Shown one piece after another: positions 11,249 through 25,390 of a stretch of 64,000 bases of DNA. Source of the stretch: Paraspadella gotoi (lineage: Eukaryota; Animalia; Chaetognatha). Below the pieces are notes generated by a model. It was given only the letters and a program-made list of their open reading frames with translations. It ran no database searches and was not told the origin of the DNA. Position 1 is the stretch's first letter. Every line of letters starts with the position of its first letter. Made by a program: the position numbers and the translations under genes. The stretch lies in NCBI GenBank assembly GCA_051294375.1, contig CM119267.1, positions 2,320,946-2,384,945 of the forward strand, read 5' to 3'.

Positions 11249-12537
11249 CGAATCTCTAAATCTATTATATATTATTATTTATATAATATAATTTGTATTA
11301 CTTGTCTCTCTTGACAAGAATAATTTGCATTATATATTTAGAACGATTGGCATTGGGAAAACTGCATTGCAATCAGCAGAATCGGAAAGAATCTGGACGG
11401 CTTTGGTGTCGCACGTTGAAGTGAGGATCGACAGCAAAAAAAAGTTGTGACACCTTTTGTAGCATCACGAGAAGGAAAGCGAAGCGAGGCGCGATGCAGA
11501 GGGGGGGGTGAGCACGAGGGTGGGATGAGCAGGGGGACGTGTGGTGGCGGAGATAGTAGGGCGGTGCGAGAGAGCTGGCGGGCGCGAAGAGTGGGGGCGG
11601 AGAGGGGAGGGGGTGCGAGATGTGGGGGGCGGAGAGAGTAGTGGGGGCGGGAGAGAGCTGGGAGGGAAGAAGGGTGAAGAAAAGGATTCCACATTGCCCG
11701 ATGTTAATGGTTGGTCACTTGGTTGCGTCAGACTGCGTTGGTCAGACTTTGAAGGTCATCAAATGGCAGTTTGGGAAAAAAGAGATTTGGTTCGGTTATG
11801 ATCTCTCTACTNNNNNNNNNNNNNNNNNNNNNNNNNNNNNNNNNNNNNNNNNNNNNNNNNNNNNNNNNNNNNNNNNNNNNNNNNNNNNNNNNNNNNNNNN
11901 NNNNNNNNNNNNNNNNNNNNNNNNNNNNNNNNNNNNNNNNNNNNNNNNNNNNNNNNNNNNNNNNNNNNNNNNNNNNNNNNNNNNNNNNNNNNNNNNNNNN
12001 NNNNNNNNNNNNNNNNNNNNNNNNNNNNNNNNNNNNNNNNNNNNNNNNNNNNNNNNNNNNNNNNNNNNNNNNNNNNNNNNNNNNNNNNNNNNNNNNNNNN
12101 NNNNNNNNNNNNNNNNNTTTTTTTTTTTTATCAAAACATGAATAAATTTTTAATTTTTAAATTAGAATTTCAAATGATTGTGATCTTACTGGTTCGCGCT
12201 TTTATCTTTTTGCACTAAAAATTCTTTTTTTGCCCTCCGGCTGAAAACGATCATTCTCTTCTTGAGGCCTGAAAAAAGCTCATTGTTCCCATGGGAAAGA
12301 AAGAGGCCGTTGATGCCCCTTTTGGGCAGGGACGGGCCTCGCGGTCGCTGAATGTCTTATTTGGCAGCGGGGACTTTTGTTTATTTTGGCATTACTAATA
12401 GCAACCTTGTCTTAATGATATAATATTGTGATTCTGGGAACTACGGGTTTAAACGTAGTATAGGTACAAATTGTATTGCCACATTATATAGTTTTGCTAG
12501 CAATTTTAAAAGCGTTAACTATCATTTAAGAGAAAAA

Positions 12538-12589
12538 TATTTAATTTAATTTAATTTAATTTAATTTAATTTAATTTAATTTAATTTAA
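12538..12589. repeat. (ATTTA)n pentanucleotide microsatellite
   Basis: About 10 units, flanked on both sides by tttaagagaaaaatatt. Confidence 0.9.
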
Positions 12590-15500
12590 GAGAAAAATAT
12601 TGCGCAGAAAACGATGACGACGAATTATTTTAAAATTGAGATTTTTTTTGTTTGTTTAAAATAATACGCCATAACGAAAATATGATTTATTAAGAAAATA
12701 TGATTTATTACCAACGTGGCCGCACAAAAAAAAAAAGGGAGACAAAAATTTAGAGTTATATATTTTCCGAAATTATGAGTTTGGTTGTTTACTAAGGTGG
12801 GATATTCCGATTATTGTTAAGTATACGAGTGATGTTCATACGGAGGAGACTATCCACTCTTAATGTATAACAGGTGTTTCACGAAGCAGAGTTGAATTTC
12901 CTTTCTCGTTCCCCAGTTTGGCAGGAAATCCGTCGCTCGTTCTTCTCTCTCTCTACTCTTTCTGCATCTCTCTCGATCTCGGCATCCTCGGCTCTCTAGC
13001 AATGATTCTGGCCGCGTTTTCATTCGCTTCTCTATCATTTTCTTTCTTTAGTGGCTTCTCAAATTTATGATTTTGAACTCTTCTATCTCTTCACTCTCAT
13101 CCAATCTCTGTTTTCTCTTGCTCTGACTCATCCTCTTCCGTCATCTCTTCTCTTCGACATGACTTCTATCTCAGTCTTCTTAGTGCCCACGTCAAATCAT
13201 TGAGGGTGCACGGTCGACCGTCTCTCTCTCATCGAGGAGACCGACTAATTACTGTCGATACTTAATATTCTGATGTCTGTGCTGTACTCTGCTGATTTAC
13301 AGCTCCACATCGATCTCCGTCATCTTCCTCGCGCGGACAGCGGAGAAGGACGAGCAGTCGGACGGACAGATGGCGGTCTTTAGCGCGCGTCCCACGTGAC
13401 GAGACTGCTACGCTTCGTTATGTTGTTGTATTGTCGCTGCTTGTAAAACTGTTGTTGTTGCTAACAACTAAATATTGACCGATGATACAACGAATTCGAT
13501 TATCTTGAAATTCCACCACGGTTGGTTTTTTATTGTTTAAGCTTCAGAGTTTACTGTTTCGTTGTTGTAATGAGAGATGTATGTATTCGATTTGGCCTAT
13601 TAGTGTTGACGCTGAGCATACGGAGTTTCTCTTTGCGTTCTTTCTGTCTAGTCGCTCAGGAGTCAGTTATATGAGACAGTATGAATGCGATCGATGGCGA
13701 CCAAAAGAAGCATTCCGGCCTTAGAAGGTTTTTACCCAAATCATAGCATCCAAATGAAGATTCACAATATTTAACTTCTCCAATACCTTGTGCTTATTTT
13801 CGTGAATCATAAGAATCTGAATATGTAAATTGTAAATAACTAGATCAAAATGAATATGTATCTCGGATTCTGTGACTCAATGTAACATTCCGGAAAAGTG
13901 GCACTCCTCAAAAAATGAAAACCGCTTTTAATAAACCTGAGGTAAAATGAAATGGCGAGGAAAAAGATTTACCTGGAAAATGAGAATGCGCTGAGAAAAT
14001 AAATGCCAGATCATAAGTAAAATGAATAGCCGGAAAATTCAAGTGGGAAGAAAACTGCCTGCAAAATGTGAGATAAAATTATCTGAAAATGGAACTTGTC
14101 AGATATTAGAGAGGGGTATAAGTTTGCAATCGAAAAGAATTTAAAATTTAAAAATTGCGAAAATCTGATAATTATTATGGACACACATCTAAACGAGGAA
14201 AATGAATCGCAGGAAAAGGAAATGCAGGTTGTGTCGGAAATCTGAAAATAGTAATATACGATCGGTCGAAAGAGAGATAGATACGGGCGCTAAGTGAGGG
14301 TTAAGAAGGAGTATTGATGCTAATATCACCGAGAAGAGAATGCGCAAGCGCTTCTTTCGAGCCCCCGTCTAGGACGGCAGCCAAATTGAAGGAATGACGG
14401 GGTCCTGCGGCTTCAAGGGAAGTTTCGAAGGCTTTGCACTGGGTTTTCGCACGCCCCCAAGGCCCGGCTTACGAAAAGGATAAATGCAACGTCTAAACTC
14501 TAATACGATGCTTGTGAACCAGCAAAAGAAGTCCCATGTAGAGAGAGGTACGGAGAATGAAAAAAAAGGAATGAAGAGAGAGAAGACGAAGAGAGAGACT
14601 ATGATTTTTTTCGTTAATTTTATTAATTTGTTTAGAAATTATTAACCCTAGGTTAATACCTAATGTTATTATATATTTTAATGACTTATTGGAGCAAAAA
14701 AAAAGCCCAAAAAATACGTTAAGCCTGCATTATAGTAACTTTCACGTTATCTAAACTAATGGAATTTTCTCCAGAATGGTAACAAATCCGAAAATAAAAC
14801 AATTTTTTTCTCCCATTTTTTTATGTTGGGTATCGAATTTAAAAAAATTGCCAAACCCGGTTGTCTAACGTTGCCTATTATTAGTAGTCTGTACTGGCTT
14901 AACTAACTTTCTCAACTCGAGTCCCATCCTCTCTCCGCTGATTCCGACAACTTTAAGGTGTCCATGCCCTTCTCTCACTCATCTCGGATCTCTCTCTCGG
15001 TCGTGTACTACACGTTATCGCAATGCCCCGACCTACAACTTCCACTCACTCTTCTCCTCACTCATCTCTCTCTTCTCTCCATCTACACACCAGTTTGCTC
15101 GATTTTTTCCTCACGTTTCATTCGCGTTAACTAAAACTGAGGACTGCTTCTCTTCTATCCTTCTTCACTCCTCTCCTTCTCTCTCTTCTCTTACCAATCT
15201 TACTTCCCTTCTGCTTCTCGATGATTCTTTCTCTTTTGCTTCTACTCTCTGCTCATTTCTACTTCTTCGCCACCAAACGCATGACAAGAATGATCGCGGA
15301 GCCGGCCAATAGAATATGAGAGAGAAGAGAGAGAGACGAGGAGAGAGAGAGAGAGTAGAGAAGAGCACGAGAGAGAGGGAGAAGAGAGAGGAGAGAGAGG
15401 AAGTAAATCTCTCAGAGAGTCCAATCAGAAAGAGAAGACTGCCATCCATCCGAAACAACATCAAACAAGTGTTTATTCGTAGAGAGAGCATAATGGGTCC

Positions 15501-17294
15501 TAGCATGATAATAACAGAAGAATACTGAATTCTAGCGATCTGAGCACCCGTCAAGGTAGGTCCCTAAATTTCCCTTATATCTCAATAGCGCCAAATGCTA
15601 ACCTCGCCACACGTTTTTGTTAAGAGCACACGAAAGAGAAAGAAAGACTACTTGTTCTTATTGGCTAACTTTGTCTGTGGAGATAAAGATAACGCAGTCA
15701 GAGAGCAAATTACCGTGAAGGTACAAATTATTATTGACAGAATGCGAAAAGCATTAAAGGTGAGTAAAGCTGTAAGCGAGCTTAATGTGTACTTAGGAAT
15801 ACTCTCATCTCATCAGTATCTCACTTATCGGCTCTTGTAAGTATTCCTTACTTAACAACATTCACACTCTAATTATATCCGTTACTTATTGATACCAAAG
15901 ATGCTTCTCTCTCCACTCCTCTGCTTGCTGTGGTTGTAACTAACTTCGCATTCTCTCCCTTGAAAGCATATATCAGCTAGCTTAAGGAAGTAAGCTCATA
16001 AGCATAGATACCGCTATGGAGGAGATAGAAAACGAATCTTTATGTTAATACCATATATTATCTGCTAAATCATCGCTTTCCTAACATATATTCCTCGAAC
16101 CTCCATAAGTAAGATAACTCAAGACCTAGAGAGGATAGGGACTGCCCAATATTGGATCTCCAGCCACACTCTGTTCCAAGTCAAAACATAGAATTCCATG
16201 TCCTGGTAAGCTTTAAAAATAATTGAAATACCTAAGAGTGGGTTCGCATGAGAATATTTATGAAGTTAGTTTAATTGATAATTATTATTAATTAAAATGT
16301 CCAAACTTCTAATCAATCATTTAATCATCAATTGTCTCAGCTCGACTAATGACAAAAGTGAATTCGTGTCAAATGAGAAGTCATTCCTCTCTCGAATCAT
16401 GAATCATCCAATCCCGACCCGAAAACAAGAATTAATATAGAGACAAAAGTCAATGTCAATAAGAGAGAACGAACTTATATAAGCAATGACGATTATGATG
16501 AACTCATGCTCAATGTCTTGAGGATTGATTTTGGTTGTTGTGTGTATCTGTATAGTCACAGGTTCCTTCCTTCCACGAAAGCTCAGATGATCTGCCCACC
16601 TTTGCTATTAATTAGCCTTTCCGTAAGCGCGCGTTTTCTTTCTCTACCTATATCGACTCTATATTAAAGGTACATGGAAATGACAATATAATATTAGTGG
16701 CAGTGAACTTTATATCTTAATTATCCTATTTTTAAGCAGGTAATGAATATATAGTAATCATCAATATATATGATGGAGATATAATGCAATGAGAGGTCTT
16801 TATTAATAAACATATATATAAAATGACAGAGTCTATGTATATAAACTGAATAGACAATAGTTAGATGGCAGATGAGCTTCCGTATATTATTGAGTGTGTA
16901 ATAGAAGAGAGAGCCGAAAGGAGGGAGACAGACGGACGTACGGGCGTCCTGGACTGGAGACCTAACGGACGGACCAGCAGGCTAATTCGACTGGAATTGG
17001 GATTATCGGGCATAGCCTAATTTTGGGCTTGAAATTAGAAATATCCAGGGAAAGGGCCCACCTATTGAAATCGTGTTAGAATAAGGCGATAAGCGGGATA
17101 ACGAAGAGTGGGCGTATGTCGTGTATAAGTTAGGCATGGTTGAAACGCCTCGGCCTGTAGGTTTTAAAGTAATTCAACATATCAGGCTAGATTCTGTATT
17201 CATTAAAAAGAGAGTTATACTTAGTGGACAAAAGAAAACCATGGAATCCCATTCGCCGAAGGGTAATCGTATACGGACAAGGGCCTATTAAGGG

Positions 17295-18860
17295 AGGGAG
17301 TGGTCGGACGACAAAGAAAACGTGGACACGTGAGCGGCTGTCCGTCTCTTTTGCAAGAAGAGAGGCTCGAATGAAATAACGAATGTGAGGTGGAAAGAAA
17401 TGAAGCTAAGGAATTATTAGAAAAAGAGTGAGGCCTAAGATAGAATAGGAAATCTCTAAGGAAAAATACGTTTCTAAATTTTGTAAATTTTTATTTTTGA
17501 GGTATGTTCTCCTTGTTAAATATCATTTTATCTTCTTTATATATTCTTTTTTTTTTATAATTTCTTTTTTACCACAGTCTTCTCTATGTCCTTCGCTTCC
17601 CGGGTTAAATTTTCCGTAAGCTTTCCTTCAATGTTTTTCCACGTTTTGATCTCTTCTGATTTTATTTGTTATTATTTGTTTGTTCTTTTTTCTGTTTTTC
17701 GCGTTTGTCCACGCCTCCTCCTCTTTCTCTGCTCCTCGATGTTAGCTCTCGTCGATTTTTTCGTTCTCTCCATTCCTTATTTTCCCTTTTCTTTCTCCTT
17801 TCTTGTGTTGTCTTGTGTCTTCTGGTCTTCTAGGCAGTATACTTGTTTTATCTTTTTCTTATTCTTTTTTCTTTCTCTCTTTCTTCTTTTTCCCTACTTT
17901 TTCTCCTTCTTCTTTCTTTCCCTGACCATCGACGTTTTTTTGTTTCTTTATCACTCATTATTCTCTCCTTATTTTCTTGCTTTCCTTTCCCTTCCACGCC
18001 TCCATTAATCTCCTTCCCTTTTTTCCCCCTATTATTCTCCTTCATCTCTCTTTTCTTCTTCCTCCATTTTAGTATCCCTTCCCTTATTTTTTTGCTTCTC
18101 CCTTTTTCTTCGCTTTTCCTTGCCTTTACTATAAAAACTCATATCTGCCGATTTTCCTTCCCTTTTTTCCCTCCTAAGTCTTTCATTGTTCTTTTCCTTT
18201 CGTGCACTCACCTGTTAACGTTTTCTATAATGTTATCCCCCCGTTCTTCTGGGTTTTTTCTTCGCCTTGTCTTTACAAAATTTGAGAAAAAAGGGGTTTA
18301 TGGATAATATAGGAGAAACCTTCGCTCTGACAGGCAGATTGTAAGGGTTTTAATTCTTCTCATTTACACATGTACGAGTTATCTCTCTATTCAGCCTTAG
18401 ACGCCAGTTTAGAAAGAAGTCCTATTACCTCCATCGAGGAGAAAGATTAAGAGGAGAGAGAGAGTATGAGAGAGAGAGAGAGAGAGAGAAGATAGTAGAG
18501 GAGAGAGCAGATGAGAAGAGATGAATGAACTATGAGAGAGAGAGATATGATAAGAGAAATCTATAAAAAAATTTAAAATAAAATAGTATATCCGTAAAGA
18601 TCATCTATATCTAGTCGTTAGAAAAAAAAAATACTAGTAAGAATACAAAGAACTGATATTCTATAATGAAGTATATGTGATATTTTTAAAGCATATGAAT
18701 CTATATACACCGAAAAACCTTTATAATGCTACTTACGTTTCTATACGATTGAAGGCCATGATATTTAATAGGCTATTAATTACAAAGTGGAGCATTATAT
18801 CTATTTAATAGGGTAAGTAAAGAGGCTTACTAGGCAAGAACTCAATAGAACCGCGGCATA
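17295..18860 (+). repeat. Noisy direct copy of 30340-31475
   Basis: gggagtggtcg...gagaggctcgaatgaaataac matches 30338-30380; ccagtttagaaagaag...ctccatcgagg matches 30955-30985; gaaccgcggca at ~18848 matches ~31464. Confidence 0.85.
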
Positions 18861-19020
18861 TAAATATCCACATTAGTATAATACGAATATGGCATGTTAG
18901 GAGGGATTTAACTAATTTATCAATATTAGCAGTCATATATTGAAGGATGAAATTCATAAATAAATCTTCTGAAATCAATAAAAAACGTGTGAGTCNNNNN
19001 NNNNNNNNNNNNNNNNNNNN

Positions 19021-19616
19021 AAAAAAAAAAAAAGGGAAAAAAAATTTAAGTTATTTTTTCCAATTATGATTTTGGTTTATCTTTCATTTTAATCGATGTT
19101 GTTCAAATTAATTTCCTTTTATTTAAAGTTTTCCGATGCAGAGTTGATTTACTTTCTCGTTCCCCAGTTGGCAGGAAATCCGTCGCTCGTTCTCTCTCTC
19201 TCTCTCNNNNNNNNNNNNNNNNNNNNNNNNNNNNNNNNNNNNNNNNNNNNNNNNNNNNNNNNNNNNNNNNNNNNNNNNNNNNNNNNNNNNNNNNNNNNNN
19301 NNNNNNNNNNNNNNNNNNNNNNNNNNNNNNNNNNNNNNNNNNNNNNNNNNNNNNNNNNNNNNNNNNNNNNNNNNNNNNNNNNNNNNNNNNNNNNNNNNNN
19401 NNNNNNNNNNNNNNNNNTGCTCGCGCGCGCGAACGAGACGGACAGATGGCGTCTTTAGCGCGCGTCCACGTGACGAGACTCACGCTTCGTTGTTGTTGTT
19501 GTCGCTGCTTTAACTGTTGTTGTTGCTACAACTAATATTGATGTAATTTTTATCGTTGTTGTTACTTTCGTTGTTGTTGTTGTTTTTGTTATTGTTGTCG
19601 TTGATGTTTCTGTTTT
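19021..19616 (+). repeat. Clean direct copy of 12725-13620 (and inverted copy of ~21410-22105)
   Basis: gcaggaaatccgtcgctcgttc occurs at both ~12921 and ~19171; ctttagcgcgcgtcc(c)acgtgacgagact occurs at both ~13378 and ~19453. The segment is bounded by two 25-N gaps. Confidence 0.9.
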
Positions 19617-19865
19617 NNNNNNNNNNNNNNNNNNNNNNNNNTCTCTCTCTCTCTCCTCTCTCTCTTCTCGTCTTCTCTTCTCTCTCTCTCTTCATGCCTT
19701 TAAAAATAGAAATAGAGGAAATTCCGCCACATGTCGTCCTTAGACGCGAGAGAAACCTCGAAGGCATAAGCAGGGAGACATCCGGAACGACAACAACAAC
19801 AACAAAATCAAATCCTGCATTAATTTCTCTCTTTTTTTATTTTGTGGAGAGAGAAGAGAAGAGGA

Positions 19866-19915
<50 letters not shown>

Positions 19916-20799
19916 AGAGAGAGAGACCAGTGAATTTTCTTTTTCCATTTGCAAATGTATAGCCGCTTTCTCTTAATCTCATAGCAAAAGTAGTTTTTTC
20001 TCTCTTCTCAAACTCTGGCGCTGATAGGGAATTAGCCTCGGTCGAATCCGTGATTGGCGGAAGGCAGTCTCTCTCGTCTCGCTCTCTCTCGTCTCGTCTG
20101 TCTCTCTTCTCTCGTTCTCTCTCTCTTCTCTTCTTCTCTCTCTTGCTCTCTCTCTCTCTCATAATTTCTTGATTGGGTCCGCCGCGATTCATGTCTGCTC
20201 ATGCGTTTTGGTGGGCGAAGAAGAGAAGAGAAGAGAGTAGAGAAAGAGAAGGACAGAGAAGAGAAGAGAAGAGAAGAGAAGAGAAGAGAAAGAGAAAGAG
20301 AGAAGAGAAGAGAAAGAAGTCAGCAGTTTTAGGTTTTAACGACGAATGAAAACGTGAGAAAAATTCGACAAACTGGACGAGAGAGAGAGAGAGAAGAGAG
20401 AGAGGAGAGAGAGAGAGAGAGAGAGAAGAAGAGAGAGAGAAGAGGAGAGAGAGAGAGAGAGAAATAGAAAATAATAATAGGCAACGATTAGACCAACCGG
20501 TTTGCAAATTTTTTTTTTAAATTACGAATACCAACATAAAAAATGGAGAAAAAACGTTTTTATTTCGTTTTTTTGAAAATTCATATAGTTTATGATTAAG
20601 TGACAAAGTTACTATAATTAGCAGAGCTTAAACGTATGACTTTTTTTTTGTCGCCAATAAAGTCATAAATTATAATACATTAGTATTAACACCTAGTTTA
20701 ATAAGATTTTAAAAAATTAATAAATAACGAGAAAAAAATCATGATTTTTCTAGTTTATTCTTCTGCCTTTTTTTTTTCTTCTCTCTCGTCGATGGGATT

Positions 20800-21260
20800 T
20801 TTTCTTTTCCGCTCATTCCATTAAGTTTTCTCATTATTTTTCGGCATTCAACTTCCCACTTCTCATTTGTCCGCATTCATTTCTCGGGTATTAAACTTCC
20901 GACTTTCATTCGCGCGGCATTAACTTTGCCGATTTTCAATTTTCCGACTTTATCACCTGCATATCCTTTTCCTGCATTCATTTTCTCTTCATTCAATGTC
21001 CAATTTTCCCATTTTAATTTTCTTCATTCACTTTCCGGTATTCATCTATCTGCATTCCTTTTCGCGAATTTTACTTTTCGGCATTTCCTTTCCCACTTAA
21101 TTTTCCGGCAGACATTACATTTTCTTCTGGCATTTTTTTCCGAGCATTTCATTTCCGGGTAATTCTTTTTTCGGCCTTCATTTCCAAGGCGTTTCATTTT
21201 TTGAGAATGCACTTTCCGAAATGTTATTGTCGCAGCAATCCCGACTTTCATTTTCTGTTA
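20800..21260. repeat. Highly degenerate ~16-18 bp tandem array (TTTTCCGGCATTCA-like)
   Basis: Recurrent ttttc(c)g(g)cattcat/aac/ctt motifs. Confidence 0.6.
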
Positions 21261-21600
21261 TTCATTCTTTCGATTCCAAAGATCACGAAAAAGCAAAATC
21301 GCAGTAATTTAATCTCTTTGCATTATTTGGGTTAAACCTCGCGAACATTCTTTTGGGTCAGCCATCCGATCGCATTCACGCATAACTGACGAGAAAAAAA
21401 AAACAGAAACATCATACGGACAACAATAACAAAACAACCAAACAACCGAAAGCTAACAACCGATAAAATTACATCATATTAGTTGTAGCAACAACAACAG
21501 TTAAGCAGCGACAACAACAACAACGAGCGTGAGTCTCGTCACGTGGACGCGCGCTAAAGACGACGGCCATCTTGTCCGTCGCTCGTTCGCGACGCGCAGC

Positions 21601-21681
<81 letters not shown>

Positions 21682-21851
21682 GAGAGAGAGAGAGAGAGAG
21701 AGAGAAGCGAGAGGAGAGAGAGAGAGAGAGAAGAAACAGAGATGGAGAAGAAGTGAGAAGAAAGGAAACAGAGAATTATAGAGCCACTGAAAGAGAAAGA
21801 TAGAGAGCGAGAAAAACGCGGCCAGAATCATGCGAGAGAGAGAGAAGGAGA

Positions 21852-21909
<58 letters not shown>

Positions 21910-24900
21910 AGAAGAGAGCAGAGAGAGAGAAACGAGCGACGATTTCCTGCAACTTGGGAACGAAGAAAGTAATCCAACTTCTGCATCGGAAAACTTTAAA
22001 TTAAAAGGAAATTAATTTGAACAACACGATTAAAATAAAGATTAAACCAAATCATAAATTGGAAAAATAACTTAAATTTTTTTTTCCCTTCACTTTTTTT
22101 TTTTTTGCGCCACGTGGTAAATAAATCATTATTTCTTAATAAATCATTTTTCGTCCCCGTAATTAATTTTAAACAAACAAAAAAAATCTCAAATTTTAAA
22201 ATAATTCGTGTCATCGTTTTTCTGGCCGCAATAATTTTCCTACTTAAAATTAATTAAAGTTAAATTAAATTAAATTATTAATTAAAATAAATATTTTTTC
22301 TTAAATATAGTTAATCCGCTTTATAAAATTGCTAGCCAAAACTATATAATAAGGCGGGCCAAATAATTGAACACTTTTTATAACTTTTAATTCTCTCAAA
22401 AAAATTTCCTTTTTTTCCTTTCTATTACTACAATCGATTTTCAATGGCACTTTTTTGAATTAGTTCATTGGGTTGTTGCACTGAAGCTTTTAAATAATTT
22501 ATTATTATAATAACAAATGACAAAAAATTTTTTTTAAAAAAAAAATAAGTTTTTAAGAAGCGGATTCCCTATAGAGGCTTGTAAAAGTAAATGAAAGTTA
22601 GTACTACACATTCTTTTTTGAATTTTGACAGACAATTGGTTAAGAAACAGAAAAAAACGTTAAAAAATCATCATCATGCTACATCATTGGATGATTTTAT
22701 AAGTTTTTTAAAAAATTTTTAGTCAATAAAACAAAAAATTTTAAAAATTTGTATTAATACACCTTATCTAACTTTTAAAAGCTCTAATCAGATCCATTAA
22801 AAAAAATTGAAAAATTCAAAAAAATTTTACTTTATATAGTAATAAAATATCTTTAAATGCTTCCGTGGCGCTTATTAATAAGATAATTTTTTAAAATTAT
22901 TATTATTTTCATATTCTCTAACAGTCACTTTATATCATTAATTTTATTTGAGAGAACTTCCTAGTTTTCAACCGTTCCGGCCTACTCATATAATGTGGCA
23001 ATACAAGTTGTAAAATTATACTACGTTTAAACCCGTAGTTCCACGACAGAATCACAATATTATATTCATTTAAGACAAGGTTTGCTATTAGTAATGCCAA
23101 ATAAAACAAAAGTCCCCGCTGTCCAATAAGACATTCAGCGACAGCGAGGCCGTCCTGCCCAAAGGGGATCAACGGCCTCTTTCTTTCGCATGGGAACATG
23201 AGCTTTTTTCAGGTCCCTCAGAAGAGAATGATCGTTTTCAGCCGGAGGGCAAAAAAAGAATTTTTAATGGCAAAAAGATAAAAGCGCCGAAACCAGTAAG
23301 ATCACAATCATTTGAAATTCACTAATGTTAAAAAATAAAAATTTATTCTATGTTTTGATAAAAAAAAATAAAAGTGGATCTTTTTATCAGAAAATGCGTC
23401 TTGTTTGCTCGATTCGTCTTCTTATTTTTTTATCTTTTGCCACCTTTTAGTTTTTTTGTCCCTTTTCTCTTCTCTCTCTCTCTCTGCCTCTCTCTCTCTC
23501 ATCTCTCTCTCTTCTCTTTCTCGTCTACTTCTCCTTCTCTCTCTCCTGCCCGTCGTTCATCCATCTCTCTCCGACGAGGCTTTAACATTCACTTGAAATC
23601 GAAAGCAGAAAGTCTATCAAACCCAACCAATTCAAATCAATTCTAAACCTGATTCGCATCTTCAAACTTTTCGAACTGAGTCCGACGACAGCATCCGAAC
23701 CACTTCGTCCAACAAATCTTTTTCCAACTGACCTTTGATGACCTTTCCAAAGACTGACCAAGACCAGGTCGACAACCACCATGAACTTAACACTCCGCAT
23801 GGGTGGACATCCTTTTCTAACTCCCATTTCCCCCTTCACCACACTGCTCCTCACCCCCCCTCTCTCTCCGCCCCCTGCCATCTCTCCGCCCCCTTCATCG
23901 TCTCCTGCCCCCCCTCTCATCCCGCCCCCCTATCTCCCGCCCCCTATGGCTCCGCCCCCCCTCTCATCTCTCCCCTCCCTCTCACGCGCCTCTCCGCTTC
24001 GCTTTCTTCTCTCGTGACTACAAAGTTTGTCAGCAACATTTTTTTGCCTGTCGATCCTCCACTTCAAAACAGTGCGACACAACAGTAACAATTCTTTCGA
24101 TTCATGCTGATCAAATGCCAGTTTTCCGAATGCCAATCGTTCCTAAAATATATAATGCAAATTATTCTTGTCAAAGAGAGACAAGTAATACAAATATATT
24201 ATATAAATAAATAATATATAATAGATTTAGAGATTCGTTTTCTCTCTCATCTCTCTCTCTCTCGTCCTCCCTCTTCTCTCTCTCTCTCTTCTCTCTCTCT
24301 ATCTCTCTGCTTGCTCTTTTACATCACTCACACACAGGAAATCGTCAAAATGCATTAAACAAAAGATAAAGAATCAATTTTTTCCCATCGAAAAAAAGTT
24401 TAGCCGAATTTTCGACGAATTCGATTACGAGTTTCGATAATATTTATGTGCACTTATGGAGTTTTTTTTTTTCCCTTTTGCCTTTTGGCTTATTTGCTTT
24501 TTTTTTTTTTAGTTTCGCCCTTTTTTTTCGCTTTTTTCTCAATTTTAATTTTCCTCTTTCTTTCTGAATTTGTCTTCTTCAAAATAAAATGGTTTCTAAA
24601 CCTTGAATTTGAAAAAATGGCTAGATAAAAATTATTTGTATTTCGTTTCTGATTTCATACCGTTTTATATGATATAAATGTTTGACATTGGACAAAGAAA
24701 ACTTAATTAAAAGCTACCTAAAGTAAAAAGTTGGAAAGTAGCGCTAACGATTCTGAAACATTTTCCAGCTCTCTGGTTTTGACGCCCTGATTCAACATAT
24801 TACTACATCTAGAACTTAAAACTCATTTGGCATTTTTTCTTTGCCCCAGATATACCATTTAGGTTGTTTCACAATCGTAAGTCGTCGAAACCATGATTTT

Positions 24901-25344
24901 GTTTTAAATGGCCGCCAAAACACTGCTTCACGAAAAACCTACCTATGAATTAGGTAAATTTGGCTGATTTTTTTTTTGGTACACTAAAAGGCACAAAGAA
25001 ATGATTTTATATCGAAATGACAAATGAACTTCTCATCATCATTGTTGGGGAAATTCTCTATTGAATACGATTGAAAAAAATTTGCGTGAGCAAGAAAGTA
25101 AAAACAGGATTTTGAAGCTAAGGCATTTAGCTTTCAAGTTTTTATGAGCCTAAATAAATGGCAAGGACTCTCTCAAACATATGATATAACACTTATAAAA
25201 ATGTATGCATATTTTAAAAAAGAAGAAGAAAAAACCTAAAATGGAAACTTTCCTTAAAAGTTATAACTGAGGAAAATTGGCTTTCAGATACGAAATGGTC
25301 TGGTGAGGACTCTCTTCTCTCTCTCTCTCCTCTCTCTCCTCTCT

Positions 25345-25390
<46 letters not shown>

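Larger units (their letters stand above)
5875..16900 (+). repeat. Left arm of a large apparent inverted duplication (partner ~19642-30320)
   Basis: Reverse-complement anchors: 6684 aggatgatgaatgaatgtaagaatcagg vs ~29140-29167; 8645 gcaaagaaatgtatacc vs ~26955-26971; 10230 accagaccatttcgtatctgaaagcc vs ~25280-25304; 14850 caaacccggttgtctaacgttgcc vs ~20480-20505; 16520 ggattgattttggttgttg vs ~19795-19816. Quality degrades sharply after ~12700. Confidence 0.9.

Noticed and set aside
14230-17290. Apparently unique, random-looking sequence (14230-14560, 15440-17290), including ORF 15595..15840, as foreign or novel DNA
   Set aside because: It retains ordered anchors to the reverse complement of 19642-20940 separated by inserted bases, consistent with an insertion-inflated low-quality read.
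23740-23805. Small-GTPase-like start MRSVKFMVVVD on the - strand
   Set aside because: There is no GxxxxGK(S/T) P-loop, and the other copy does not reproduce the frame.
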